From assembly GCA_016219325.1 (NCBI GenBank), contig JACRNH010000003.1, forward strand, positions 45,123-109,122: DNA of 64,000 nucleotides, written 5' to 3'. Of the stretch, positions 1-8,779 are shown one piece after another. The position numbers were made by a program, and so were the translations under genes. This DNA is from Candidatus Collierbacteria bacterium (GTDB taxonomy: Bacteria; Patescibacteriota; Microgenomatia; UBA1400; JACPES01). How positions within the stretch are numbered: position 1 is the stretch's first letter; the number at the start of each line of letters is the position of its first letter. The notes beneath the pieces were generated by a model. It saw only the letters and a list, made by a program, of their open reading frames with translations, was not told where the DNA came from and made no database searches.

Positions 1-923
1 GGGAGCAATCGATTCCGGGCGGATTATATCTTTTTAGATTCCTCGGCTATTTATGGGTGATTGTTAATGCCGAAAAACTATTGGCTCCGGTTAAAAAATT
101 TATAATCCCGGCTTTTTGGATCTTTGTAATTTTGGCTTGGGCCCAGTATTTGCTTTTGCCGGACATCAGATTTTTGCTTAAATTCGGATGGGACGAGCAT
201 TATTACCGGATGATCGGAACGGTTTTGGATCCGAATTATTTGGGGGTGATGCTGGGAATTATGGGAATATATTTAATATACAAATATGCAAATAGACAAA
301 TAGACAAATGGGAGAAAATCCTATTGGCATTGTCTTTTGGCGGATTGGCGCTGACTTATTCTAGGGCGAGTTGGGTGGCTACGGTGGTTGTTAGTTGTTG
401 GTTGTTGGTTGTTAGTAGGGGGCATAGAAATAAATTAGGGAAATTGGGGATATTAGGGATATTAGGGATAATTGGAATAATGGGAATATGGCTGGCGGCG
501 CCAAAGCCCGGTGGGGAAGGAATTAATTTATTGAGAACAAGTTCGATTGAGCAGAGAGTCGAGAGTTGGAGGGAAGGAATAAATGTTTGGCGGGAACATC
601 CGTGGTTGGGAGTGGGGTTTAATAATTACGGGGGAAAAGTACAAGAAAGTACAATAAAGTACAAAAATGTACAAGAAGGAAAAAATCATAGTGAAAACGC
701 TCCGAGCAGCAGTTGGATTTTACTTTTGGCAACGGTGGGGACAATTGGGATAGGGGGATTAGGGGTAATAGGGGGGATAAGGGGGATAGGGGAGATGAAG
801 AAAAATAAATTGTGGATGGGAATTTTGATGATGGTTGGGGTTCACGCGATTTTTAACAACACCATTTTTTATCCGCCGATTTTGGGATTGTTGGCTTTGA
901 TTAAGGCTGCCAGCGAAGAATGA
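1..923 (+). CDS. O-antigen ligase (Wzy_C)-like polytopic membrane protein, 5' partial. The reading frame is open to the window start and the ORF track starts at GTG 57.
   Basis: Hydrophobic polytopic sequence with a YSRASW motif typical of the Wzy_C/O-antigen ligase domain. It also carries in-frame low-complexity inserts (GILGILGIIGIMGI, KVQESTIKYKNVQEGK, GTIGIGGLGVIGGIRGIG). Confidence 0.55.
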   Translation, partial: EQSIPGGLYLFRFLGYLWVIVNAEKLLAPVKKFIIPAFWIFVILAWAQYLLLPDIRFLLKFGWDEHYYRMIGTVLDPNYLGVMLGIMGIYLIYKYANRQIDKWEKILLALSFGGLALTYSRASWVATVVVSCWLLVVSRGHRNKLGKLGILGILGIIGIMGIWLAAPKPGGEGINLLRTSSIEQRVESWREGINVWREHPWLGVGFNNYGGKVQESTIKYKNVQEGKNHSENAPSSSWILLLATVGTIGIGGLGVIGGIRGIGEMKKNKLWMGILMMVGVHAIFNNTIFYPPILGLLALIKAASEE

Positions 924-1623
924 TTTTCTTATCGGTTAGATTCCCGGCTTTATCTTTGGAGATAACTGAAATCTGGTTGTCGCTTTCCTGAAGTCCGAGT
1001 TTATACGAAAATGAACCATCAGATTTGACGGAGACATATCTATTGTTAATTGTTAATGAGGCTTCAGATTCAGTTTTACCTTTAATTTCTATAGTTTTTT
1101 GGTCTTGGCCGTGAAAAACTGTTCCGCCTGATGGAGAATCTATCGTCAGCGTTGGGGATTCGTCATCCCGGGCAATGGTGATTGATTGTGATTCACGGCT
1201 ATCGTTTCCAGCCGTATCGGTATATTTAACCGATATAAAATTATCGCCTTTTTCCAGATTAATTCCGGATTCGAAATATCCTTCAGTATCGGCCGCTGAC
1301 GAATTGCTTGTCTCACCGTTTATTATAAAAATTACTTTGGCCATTGAATTGGCATAGCCGCTAATTTTAATTTGAGCGCTGTTAGTGGCAGTAGGAGTTG
1401 AATTGATAACCGGAGCCGGCAAAAGTAGCTTTTGCGTTTGTTCCGCAGGCTGATTTTTAGGAGACAGAAAAATGGCCATTTTTACCAGTAACTCTAAACC
1501 GAATTTTATGGCTATAAATCCGATGGCTAAAATTATGATTAAGGATAGAAATACTGCCCGCGAAGTTTTTTTTCTTTCAATTTCTGCCAAGCGCGAACGG
1601 GGTTTACGTCTATTAAATCTCAT
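901..1623 (-). CDS. Membrane-anchored hypothetical protein with Ig-like (Big-type) beta-rich repeats
   Basis: Basic N-terminus plus a TM helix (AVFLSLIIILAIGFIAI), followed by Thr/Ser-rich beta-strand segments resembling bacterial Ig-like domains. No catalytic motifs. Confidence 0.45.
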   Translation of the reverse strand: MRFNRRKPRSRLAEIERKKTSRAVFLSLIIILAIGFIAIKFGLELLVKMAIFLSPKNQPAEQTQKLLLPAPVINSTPTATNSAQIKISGYANSMAKVIFIINGETSNSSAADTEGYFESGINLEKGDNFISVKYTDTAGNDSRESQSITIARDDESPTLTIDSPSGGTVFHGQDQKTIEIKGKTESEASLTINNRYVSVKSDGSFSYKLGLQESDNQISVISKDKAGNLTDKKIILRWQP

Positions 1624-1733
1624 ATTAATTAGTATACCAATTTAGAGCCCCCTGTCGGAATCGTCCTGCGGAGCAGAATCTGGTCCAGTCAGAGATGCGC
1701 ACCGGCGTTTATTTGTTGTTTATCGTGGATTTG

Positions 1734-1806
1734 AGCCAAGAGTGGGAATCGGACCCACGACCCCCGCTTTACGAAAGCGGTGCTCTACCAACTGAGCTAT
1801 CTTGGC
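1734..1806 (-). tRNA. tRNA-Thr (anticodon CGU)
   Basis: The reverse complement reads GCCAAGATAGCTCAGTTGGTAGAGCACCGCTTTCGTAAAGCGGGGGTCGTGGGTCCGATTCCCACTCTTGGCT. It has a 7-bp acceptor stem, a TT-CGT-AA anticodon loop and a TCCGATT T-loop. CCA is not encoded. Confidence 0.8.
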
Positions 1807-1830
1807 AATTGTATTATTATAGAGCTCAAT

Positions 1831-3066
1831 ATGGGTTATTCCAACCACCGGAGATTAATTTGCGGATTGTCAGTTGATATTTTTATTTCATTTTTATTCT
1901 TCAACTCTTTGATTTTTAAAATGTTGTTTAATCTGCCCCGGATTTTTGGCGTCTATCGGCCTACCAAAGTTTTGGTTTTACTGCAAAACAACAATGAATT
2001 GCGCCCCACCGGCGGATTTATGGGATCTTATACCACTTTTACTTTTGATAAATTCAGAATCAAAAATTTTCAAACTTACGATATTTATGATGCCGACGGT
2101 CATGTTCCTAACTACGTTACCCCGCCCGAAGCCATCCAAACGGCCTTCCAACTCGGTTCATGGAGGCTAAGAGACGCTAATTGGGATCCGGATTTTCCCC
2201 AGTCGGCCAAAACAATTCTTTGGTTTTTGGAACAAGCCGGCATTGAATCTCAAGATATCTTAGTTGCCGTCAATCTATCGGCTATCCAAACTATTTTTAA
2301 GATGTTGCCGCATGATCTTTATCTTAGTGATTATGATCTTAATATTTCGGCAAATACTTTGTGGGATATTACCCAACAACATTCCCAATTCGGTTTTTTC
2401 CCTGGATCCAAGCAGAAAAAAGAGTTTATTTATGATTTGTCCAAAGAATTGGTTAATGAATTCACTAAATTATCTATAGTCAATAAAGTTAAATTAGTAA
2501 CTACTTTAAGCGGTTTATTTAAAGATAAGGACGTTCAGCTTTATTCCGTTAATTTCGAAATACAGAATATCTTTTCTGATTTGAGATGGGACGGAAGTCT
2601 AAAAAAATCCCTCTGCCCAAGGTTAATACCTTTTTGCACTCCGGCGAGGATTGAAATTGTTGAGGCAAATCTTGCATCTAATAAATCCAACTGTTGTGTT
2701 ATCAGAAAAGTAAAATTGGAAGTGGATAAGGGCGGCCAAGCTATAAATCATAGGTTGAAGGTTACTTTTTTCAATCAGGACAATGACCAAAACAAAAAGT
2801 GGGGCGGGAGATATTTGGCTAATGTCAGGTTATTCATTAATGATGAAGTGATGGAGGAATGGATAAACATTTTCCCCGGCGCTGAACAAACCGCTGATTT
2901 TGAATATCGGTTGACTCCTGCTAACAAATATTTTTCCCCGATTTTTGTTACTTTTCAAAAACAATCAGGCATTCACAGCTTTCCGCTGACAATTGAGGTG
3001 TTAAGCAGGGGCAAAATCGAAACAACGAGCAAAATAATTTTCCGCGACACTTGGTTTTGGTTGTAA
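1831..3066 (+). CDS. DUF4012 domain membrane protein
   Basis: N-terminal TM segment followed by the motif QNNNELRPTGGFMGSY that is diagnostic of DUF4012. The ORF-track start at 1780 overlaps the tRNA, so ATG 1831 (or 1921) is more likely. Confidence 0.65.
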   Translation: MGYSNHRRLICGLSVDIFISFLFFNSLIFKMLFNLPRIFGVYRPTKVLVLLQNNNELRPTGGFMGSYTTFTFDKFRIKNFQTYDIYDADGHVPNYVTPPEAIQTAFQLGSWRLRDANWDPDFPQSAKTILWFLEQAGIESQDILVAVNLSAIQTIFKMLPHDLYLSDYDLNISANTLWDITQQHSQFGFFPGSKQKKEFIYDLSKELVNEFTKLSIVNKVKLVTTLSGLFKDKDVQLYSVNFEIQNIFSDLRWDGSLKKSLCPRLIPFCTPARIEIVEANLASNKSNCCVIRKVKLEVDKGGQAINHRLKVTFFNQDNDQNKKWGGRYLANVRLFINDEVMEEWINIFPGAEQTADFEYRLTPANKYFSPIFVTFQKQSGIHSFPLTIEVLSRGKIETTSKIIFRDTWFWL

Positions 3067-3083
3067 TATAATCTTACAAGCTC

Positions 3084-3154
3084 GCGGGTGTGGTTCAATG
3101 GCAGAATGCGTCCTTCCCAAGGATGAGACGGGAGTCCGATTCTCCTCACCCGCT
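3084..3154 (+). tRNA. tRNA-Gly (anticodon CCC)
   Basis: GCGGGTGTGGTTCAATGGCAGAATGCGTCCTTCCCAAGGATGAGACGGGAGTCCGATTCTCCTCACCCGCT gives a cloverleaf with a TT-CCC-AA anticodon loop. Confidence 0.85.
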
Positions 3155-3215
3155 CATAAAGTGACAGAAATGTGCAGAAAGTTACATTAACTAGCATAAA
3201 AGATATCAAATAACT

Positions 3216-3521
3216 ATGGAAAGATTAGCGCCATTAGCTCGTACAAAAAAAGATTTTATGGGCACACCTCCAGATATGCCCGACAATTTACCTCATATTG
3301 ATATTTTTAGCGACGAAGAGCTAAGTGATTACTTTACGAAACGGCTTTTTGTTCAAGGTGAAATTGGACTAAACGGTGAGAGATTTCCCAGTATAACCCA
3401 AGAAAATCTTAAAGGTATTAGGGACAGAACTATTGCCTCTCTGAGGTTTGATGTTGAATACGCACAGTTAAGAGGAAGACCGGTGCCTATTGATGTTTTG
3501 AGATATTTCGAAAATTCCTAA
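3216..3521 (+). CDS. hypothetical protein
   Basis: A 101-aa ORF with no recognizable motif, lying between tRNA-Gly and the MNT/HEPN pair. Confidence 0.3.
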   Translation: MERLAPLARTKKDFMGTPPDMPDNLPHIDIFSDEELSDYFTKRLFVQGEIGLNGERFPSITQENLKGIRDRTIASLRFDVEYAQLRGRPVPIDVLRYFENS

Positions 3522-3718
3522 AGCTTTCAATACCTAAATATTCTTTTAGCAAGTTTAGCTGTAAAATTAAGTCAGTTGTAACGTAGTAACGAAGACCTAT
3601 TTTTATTTTAGTAATAAGCGACGAATCGGGGTCAAATAGATATTGTTTGATATATTCATCCAGGCTAAAGTGGTTCAAGCCAATTACGGTCAGCAGCTCA
3701 TCGTGATACAATTCAATT

Positions 3719-4009
3719 GTGATCGATTCTAAAACAACATCTATGATTAAAGATATCGTGCGGAAACATTTGCCAAGTACTGAATATAAAGCATTTCTGT
3801 TTGGATCTAGGGTTGCCGGTAATCATCGCAAATTCAGCGATGTAGATTTGGGCATTTTAGGCAATAAACCAATTCCTTCAGATGTTTTTTTCAATCTTCA
3901 ACAAGACTTGGAAGATTCTGATATTCCCTATATCGTGGAACTGCTAGATTTTTCCAGTGTGGCCGAAAGCTTTAAATCTAAAGCATTAACGAATACAATA
4001 CCTTTATGA
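3719..4009 (+). CDS. Minimal nucleotidyltransferase (MNT), antitoxin-type
   Basis: The GS...D.D signature (FGSRVAGNHRKFSDVDLG) of pol-beta-like nucleotidyltransferases. It overlaps the downstream HEPN gene by 4 nt (ATGA). Confidence 0.8.
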   Translation: MIDSKTTSMIKDIVRKHLPSTEYKAFLFGSRVAGNHRKFSDVDLGILGNKPIPSDVFFNLQQDLEDSDIPYIVELLDFSSVAESFKSKALTNTIPL

Positions 4010-4386
4010 CATATACTGACCGGTTAGTAGAATTGAAAACCGCGTTATCCCGTTTGGAAGAGGCGCTGAAAGAAGTAAAGAATCAATTGGATAAAGACGG
4101 CGCCATTCAACGTTTTGAATTTGTATTCGAGTTGACATGGAAAACACTAAAAGATTTTGCCGAAGATAAAGGCAGAATGGAAGCCAATAGCCCAAAAGGA
4201 GCCTTTCGTGTCGCGGCTGATTTAGGAGTAATTGGTGATCCTCAACCCTGGTTTGAATTTCTTAAAAGCCGTAATGACTCATCACATCTGTATAACGAGG
4301 AATCTGCGAATAGAGTATTTTCACAATTGCCCGATTTCGTATCGGCGATGAAAGATTTAATTGTCAGTCTTGATAAAATAAAATAA
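4006..4386 (+). CDS. HEPN-domain (HI0074-like) nucleotidyltransferase-associated toxin component
   Basis: Alpha-helical protein of about 126 aa with the R-x4-H HEPN motif (SRNDSSHLY), translationally coupled to the MNT gene. Confidence 0.75.
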   Translation: MTYTDRLVELKTALSRLEEALKEVKNQLDKDGAIQRFEFVFELTWKTLKDFAEDKGRMEANSPKGAFRVAADLGVIGDPQPWFEFLKSRNDSSHLYNEESANRVFSQLPDFVSAMKDLIVSLDKIK

Positions 4387-4399
4387 CCAAAATCTATAT

Positions 4400-5062
4400 T
4401 TATTTTGGTAACCAGAGTTTGGCGCCGGAAATGAGAAGATTGGGGTTACGGCCTATTTTAGTTTTATTTGCTTGGTAGATTTTAACCCACTGATAGCCGT
4501 CTCCATAGATTGAAACTGCGATTTTCCATAGGGAATCATTAGTTTTAATCTCGTATTCAGACTCGGCCTGAATAATAGAATCGGCTGATTTTATTTCAAT
4601 CTTCATTTCACTTTTAGTTTCCGTTTTAACTGAAATGGTTTGCTTTTTAGAAGATACTTCAGGAATGGTTAATTTTTGACCTTTCTCAATTAAATTGCCA
4701 TTTTTTAACTTATTAGCCGTAGCGATATCCACCCAGTTATAACCGGACTTAAAATATCTTTCGGCAATTGACCATAGGGTTTCACCGGCTTGAACTTCAT
4801 GGACATTGCCTGAAGTTAAAGAAGGTTTCGCGTTTATGTCATCAAAATTTTCTGTCTGTATTTCGGAAATGTCAACGTCATTTTGGGGAAGTTCAGTTTG
4901 TGGTTTACTTTTAAAATAGTTGAATAATAAACTTCCAATGGTGATAACAACGGCTACTCCAAGTAATGTAGAAATAACCGATTCGTTAGATCTAATGCTT
5001 TTTAAAAAAGATTTAATTTGTTGTTCCATAATGAAAGTAGGTACTTTCGCCATCGAAACCAA
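4400..5062 (-). CDS. LysM-repeat membrane protein (2 LysM domains)
   Basis: N-terminal TM helix, then two LysM-like segments (GETLWSIAERYF...KLTIP and NDSLWKIAVSIYGDGYQWVKIYQAN...LWLP). Confidence 0.7.
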   Translation of the reverse strand: MVSMAKVPTFIMEQQIKSFLKSIRSNESVISTLLGVAVVITIGSLLFNYFKSKPQTELPQNDVDISEIQTENFDDINAKPSLTSGNVHEVQAGETLWSIAERYFKSGYNWVDIATANKLKNGNLIEKGQKLTIPEVSSKKQTISVKTETKSEMKIEIKSADSIIQAESEYEIKTNDSLWKIAVSIYGDGYQWVKIYQANKTKIGRNPNLLISGAKLWLPK

Positions 5063-5119
5063 CTACTTTCGGATAGTAAATAATACGAAGGTAAATGTCA
5101 AGAGGGGAAATTTAGGTTG

Positions 5120-5195
5120 CGGACCCGACCGGATTCGAACCGGCGATCTTCTCCGTGACAGGGAGACGTGTTAAACCAGGCTACACTACGGGTCC
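5120..5195 (-). tRNA. tRNA-Asp (anticodon GUC)
   Basis: The reverse complement reads GGACCCGTAGTGTAGCCTGGTTTAACACGTCTCCCTGTCACGGAGAAGATCGCCGGTTCGAATCCGGTCGGGTCCG. It has a perfect 7-bp acceptor stem, a CT-GTC-AC anticodon loop and a TTCGAAT T-loop. Confidence 0.9.
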
Positions 5196-5236
5196 ATTTC
5201 AATTTACTATTTATGATACCATTTTTGTTAGGAAAA

Positions 5237-7036
5237 ATGGTTATGCAGGAGATTTCTAACAATCAAACAATCGCTCAAATGCTATTTGAGGTAGCCGCGG
5301 TTTTAGAAGTAACCGGAGGAGACAGGTTTAGAATCCGGGCATATCAAGAGGCTGCTAAATCCATCGAAAGTTATCCGGCAGAGATCCGCGATTTATGGGA
5401 ACATGGGAATTTGGGAGACGTTTCCAGCGTCGGCAAAGCCATTTCCGGTTATTTGGATGAATTTTTTAAAACAGGCAGAATAAAACATTTTGAGCCGATC
5501 ATAAAAAGAGTTCCTGCAGGAATGTTCCCTTTGCTAAATGTTAGCGGAATCGGTCCCAAGACAGCTTTTGCGCTTTCCAAAGAATTGGGACTGGTAAAGT
5601 CCAAGATGGCAGTTGCAAAACTTAAGAAGGCTGCTTTGGACGGTAAAATAGCCAAAATTGAGGGATTTGGGGAAGACTCGCAGGCCAAGATCTTGTCAGC
5701 AATCAAAGAATCCGAGTCCAGAGAAGACAAAATGCTTTTGCCTGTAGCTCGGGAACTGGCCGATAAAGTAATTGATTATCTAAAGAAGCAACCCGATGTT
5801 GTAAAAATTGAGGTATTAGGCAGCTTAAGAAGACAAATGGCTCTGGTCGGAGATATTGATATAGGAGTTGCCGCTTCAAATCCAAAGGAAATTACAGACT
5901 GGTTTATTAAATTCCCTGAATTCATAAAAATATTGGTGAGCGGGGACAAAGTTTGCCGGGCGGTTCACCGTACCGGAAGGCAAGTTGACTTAAAAATTGA
6001 GCCGGTTGAAAGTTTTGGTTCAATGCTGCAGCATTTTACCGGCAGTAAGGAGCATAATATCGCTTTGAGAGAATTGGCCCTGAAGAAAGGGTTGTCGTTG
6101 TCGGAGCATGGGATAAAGATAATGAGTAATGAGAAGAAAGTAATGAGCAATGATAAACAACTAGTAAATTTCAAAACGGAAGAGGAATTCTATAAAGCTC
6201 TTGGGATGGAGTGGATTCCGCCGGAGCTGCGGGAAAACAGGGGGGAGATTGAGGCTAGTAAAGAAGGTAAGTTGCCAGAACTGATAGGGTTATCAGATAT
6301 TAAAGGTGATTTTCATATCCATTCCGACTTTGACATTGAAACCAGTCATGATCTGGGGGTTTCGGGTTTAATTTATTTGACAAAAGAAGCTGAAAAAATG
6401 GGATACGAATTTATCGCCATATCTGATCACAATCCGTCTACTTCCCGGCATAATAATAAGCAAATAATTGACCTTATAAAGCGAAGAAATGAATATATTG
6501 ATAAATTTTTATCCTCGCGTGTGAACGTTGTGAAAATTAAATTATTTAAATCCCTCGAAATAGATATATCCGGCGATGGATCAATCGCTATTCCGGACGC
6601 GGCATTGGAACTTTTGGATTTTGTCATTGTCTCAATTCACAGTCAGTTTGTTGGTGACGAGAGCAAGCAAACGGCCAGAATTTTAAAAGCGCTTTCCCAT
6701 CCTAAAGTAAAAATTCTGGGCCATCCGACCGGTAGACAGCTGTTAAACCGGAACGGAATCAATTGCGATTGGGATCAGATATTTGATTATTGCGCCAAAA
6801 AGAATATTTGGCTGGAGGTGAATGGTAATCCGCATAGAATGGATTTGCCGGATCAGTTAATTCAGAAAGCTAAAGGTTTCGGAGTGAAATTTACAATTGG
6901 GACGGATAGTCATGCTTTTTCTCAAATGGAATACATGCCATCTGGCGTTTCTTTGGCTAGAAGGGGTTGGCTTGAGAAGAAAGATGTGATAAATTGTTTA
7001 GGATATAATGAAGTGAAGAAAGAATTTAATCCTTAA
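5237..7036 (+). CDS. polX: PolX-family DNA polymerase (Pol beta-like core plus C-terminal PHP domain)
   Basis: N-terminal HhH/pol-beta region and a C-terminal PHP motif (FHIHSDFD). The ORF-track start at 5168 overlaps tRNA-Asp, so ATG 5237 is used. It carries an in-frame AGTAATGAG-family repeat insert at 6120-6160 (KIMSNEKKVMSNDKQ). Confidence 0.8.
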   Translation: MVMQEISNNQTIAQMLFEVAAVLEVTGGDRFRIRAYQEAAKSIESYPAEIRDLWEHGNLGDVSSVGKAISGYLDEFFKTGRIKHFEPIIKRVPAGMFPLLNVSGIGPKTAFALSKELGLVKSKMAVAKLKKAALDGKIAKIEGFGEDSQAKILSAIKESESREDKMLLPVARELADKVIDYLKKQPDVVKIEVLGSLRRQMALVGDIDIGVAASNPKEITDWFIKFPEFIKILVSGDKVCRAVHRTGRQVDLKIEPVESFGSMLQHFTGSKEHNIALRELALKKGLSLSEHGIKIMSNEKKVMSNDKQLVNFKTEEEFYKALGMEWIPPELRENRGEIEASKEGKLPELIGLSDIKGDFHIHSDFDIETSHDLGVSGLIYLTKEAEKMGYEFIAISDHNPSTSRHNNKQIIDLIKRRNEYIDKFLSSRVNVVKIKLFKSLEIDISGDGSIAIPDAALELLDFVIVSIHSQFVGDESKQTARILKALSHPKVKILGHPTGRQLLNRNGINCDWDQIFDYCAKKNIWLEVNGNPHRMDLPDQLIQKAKGFGVKFTIGTDSHAFSQMEYMPSGVSLARRGWLEKKDVINCLGYNEVKKEFNP

Positions 7037-7145
7037 ATGGATGCCCGCCATATTTTGCCATTTGCCTTTTGCAGAACTATTCGTTCACGGCTCATGGCGC
7101 AATTGTTGGCGGGTCGCATATAATGCGAAGAGGCGGTGATAATTT

Positions 7146-7736
7146 ATGAACTTAACTGTAGTTTTAGTAATCATAGCATTAATAGCTTTAGGCTACGTAA
7201 TCTCGACTTACAACGCGTTTCAGACAATCAAAACCAGAATTAAGGCCAGTATTCAGGAGATCGGAAATCAACTGAAGCGCCAGGCAGATTTAATTCCTAA
7301 TTTGGAAGCCAGTGTTAAAGGGTATCTGAAGCACGAAAAGTCAATTTTTGACAAATTGACCGAAGCCCGGAAATCAGTGGTTGACGCAGTTAAAAGCGGA
7401 AGCCTCAATAGCGCCAATACCGCGGCTGGAAAATTAAACCAATTAATACCGGCTTTGCAGGTTGTGGTTGAAAGCAATCCTGAGCTTAAGGCGAATACTA
7501 CCGTTACCGGATTAATGGATGAGTTAAGAGACACCTCCGACAAAGTGATGTATTCCAGAAGGACTCTTATTGATCTGACAGCTGACTATAATCAGATGTT
7601 GGTTACTTTCCCATCAAATATGGTTGGAAATATTTTTGGGATGAAAGAAGAAAAAGGATTGGAGATGCCGGAGAGTGGAGAGTTTCTAAAAGTGTCTGTG
7701 ACAGAGACAAAGACACCGGGAATAAAGTTGGAGTAA
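7146..7736 (+). CDS. lemA: LemA family protein
   Basis: N-terminal TM helix and the conserved LemA core (NAFQTIKTRIKASIQEIGNQLKRQADLIPNLE). Confidence 0.8.
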   Translation: MNLTVVLVIIALIALGYVISTYNAFQTIKTRIKASIQEIGNQLKRQADLIPNLEASVKGYLKHEKSIFDKLTEARKSVVDAVKSGSLNSANTAAGKLNQLIPALQVVVESNPELKANTTVTGLMDELRDTSDKVMYSRRTLIDLTADYNQMLVTFPSNMVGNIFGMKEEKGLEMPESGEFLKVSVTETKTPGIKLE

Positions 7737-7738
7737 TA

Positions 7739-7816
7739 GTCATTCCGAGCGAGTGAAACGAGCGTGGGAATCTAATTTAAGATTGCCACGTCCCGTTTGA
7801 CGGGACTCGCAATGAC
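7739..7816. repeat. MITE/REP-like element copy after lemA (divergent internal stems)
   Basis: GTCATTCCGAGCGAGTGAAACGAGCGTGGGAATCTAATTTAAGATTGCCACGTCCCGTTTGACGGGACTCGCAATGAC. Confidence 0.65.
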
Positions 7817-7822
7817 ATCAAT

Positions 7823-8767
7823 ATGACAAACGTCTACGAGCAAGTTGACGCCAATAAGTGGAAGAGTGGAATAGTGGTAGCAATCTTTGCTGTAGTTGTG
7901 GCTGTGTCCGTTTATTTCATTTCAATGGGAATGGCGGTGTATTTTGGAGGATCGGGAGGAACTGGGGATATCGGGGGGGTTGGGATGATTGGGGCGGCAT
8001 TGATAATTTCAGGATTGATGAGTTTCACCGGATATTGGTTTAGCGACAAAATCGTGCTGGGGATTTCCGGCGCCAGACCGGCCGACAGAAAAAAGGATTT
8101 TCTTTTTTACACTGTGGCTGAAAATATGAGTTTGGCGGCCCAAGTTCCGATGCCGAAACTATATGTGATTGACGATTCGGCTCCAAACGCTTTTGCCACA
8201 GGACGCGATCCTCAACATGCTGTAATTTGCGCCACTACCGGCATTCTGTCAAAGTTAAACAGAACTGAATTGGAAGGGGTTATCGCTCATGAAATGTCGC
8301 ATGTTCAGAATTATGATATTAGATTAATGTCGGTTGTTTCGATCCTGGTAGGAATGGTGGTTTTACTCGGGGATATGTTTATGCGGGCGACTTGGTGGGG
8401 TAGTAGAAGTCGGGGAGACAGAGACGATAAGGGTTCAGGGGCGATTTTTATTGTTTTAGGATTACTATTTGCGATTCTGTCGCCGATTGTAGCCCAGCTG
8501 ATTCAGCTGTCGATTAGCCGGCGGAGAGAATTGTTGGCCGACGCCTCGGCGGTTAAACTAACCCGTCAGCCGGAAGGATTGCTCAACGCCTTGGTCAAGA
8601 TTTCCGGAGACCGCGAACCTCTGGAAGCCGCCAATAAAGCTACGGCGCATCTGTATATTATTAACCCCTTCAAAGGAGTTCATGGGACCCGTGATTGGTT
8701 TGCCGGGATGTTTAATACTCACCCCCCTTTAGCAGAAAGAGTGAAACAACTTCGGGAAATGATGTAA
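7823..8767 (+). CDS. htpX: HtpX-like M48 zinc metalloprotease
   Basis: HEMSHVQNYD (HExxH) within a polytopic membrane protein with HtpX-like architecture. There is a Gly-rich low-complexity segment at 7945-8000. Confidence 0.8.
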   Translation: MTNVYEQVDANKWKSGIVVAIFAVVVAVSVYFISMGMAVYFGGSGGTGDIGGVGMIGAALIISGLMSFTGYWFSDKIVLGISGARPADRKKDFLFYTVAENMSLAAQVPMPKLYVIDDSAPNAFATGRDPQHAVICATTGILSKLNRTELEGVIAHEMSHVQNYDIRLMSVVSILVGMVVLLGDMFMRATWWGSRSRGDRDDKGSGAIFIVLGLLFAILSPIVAQLIQLSISRRRELLADASAVKLTRQPEGLLNALVKISGDREPLEAANKATAHLYIINPFKGVHGTRDWFAGMFNTHPPLAERVKQLREMM

Positions 8768-8779
8768 AATTTTCTTGTT

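Noticed and set aside
6120-6160. In-frame inserts considered as inteins or self-splicing introns
   Set aside because: They are only 24-110 nt and low-complexity or tandem in nature. They lack intein splice-junction residues or any intron structure, and they keep the host reading frame.
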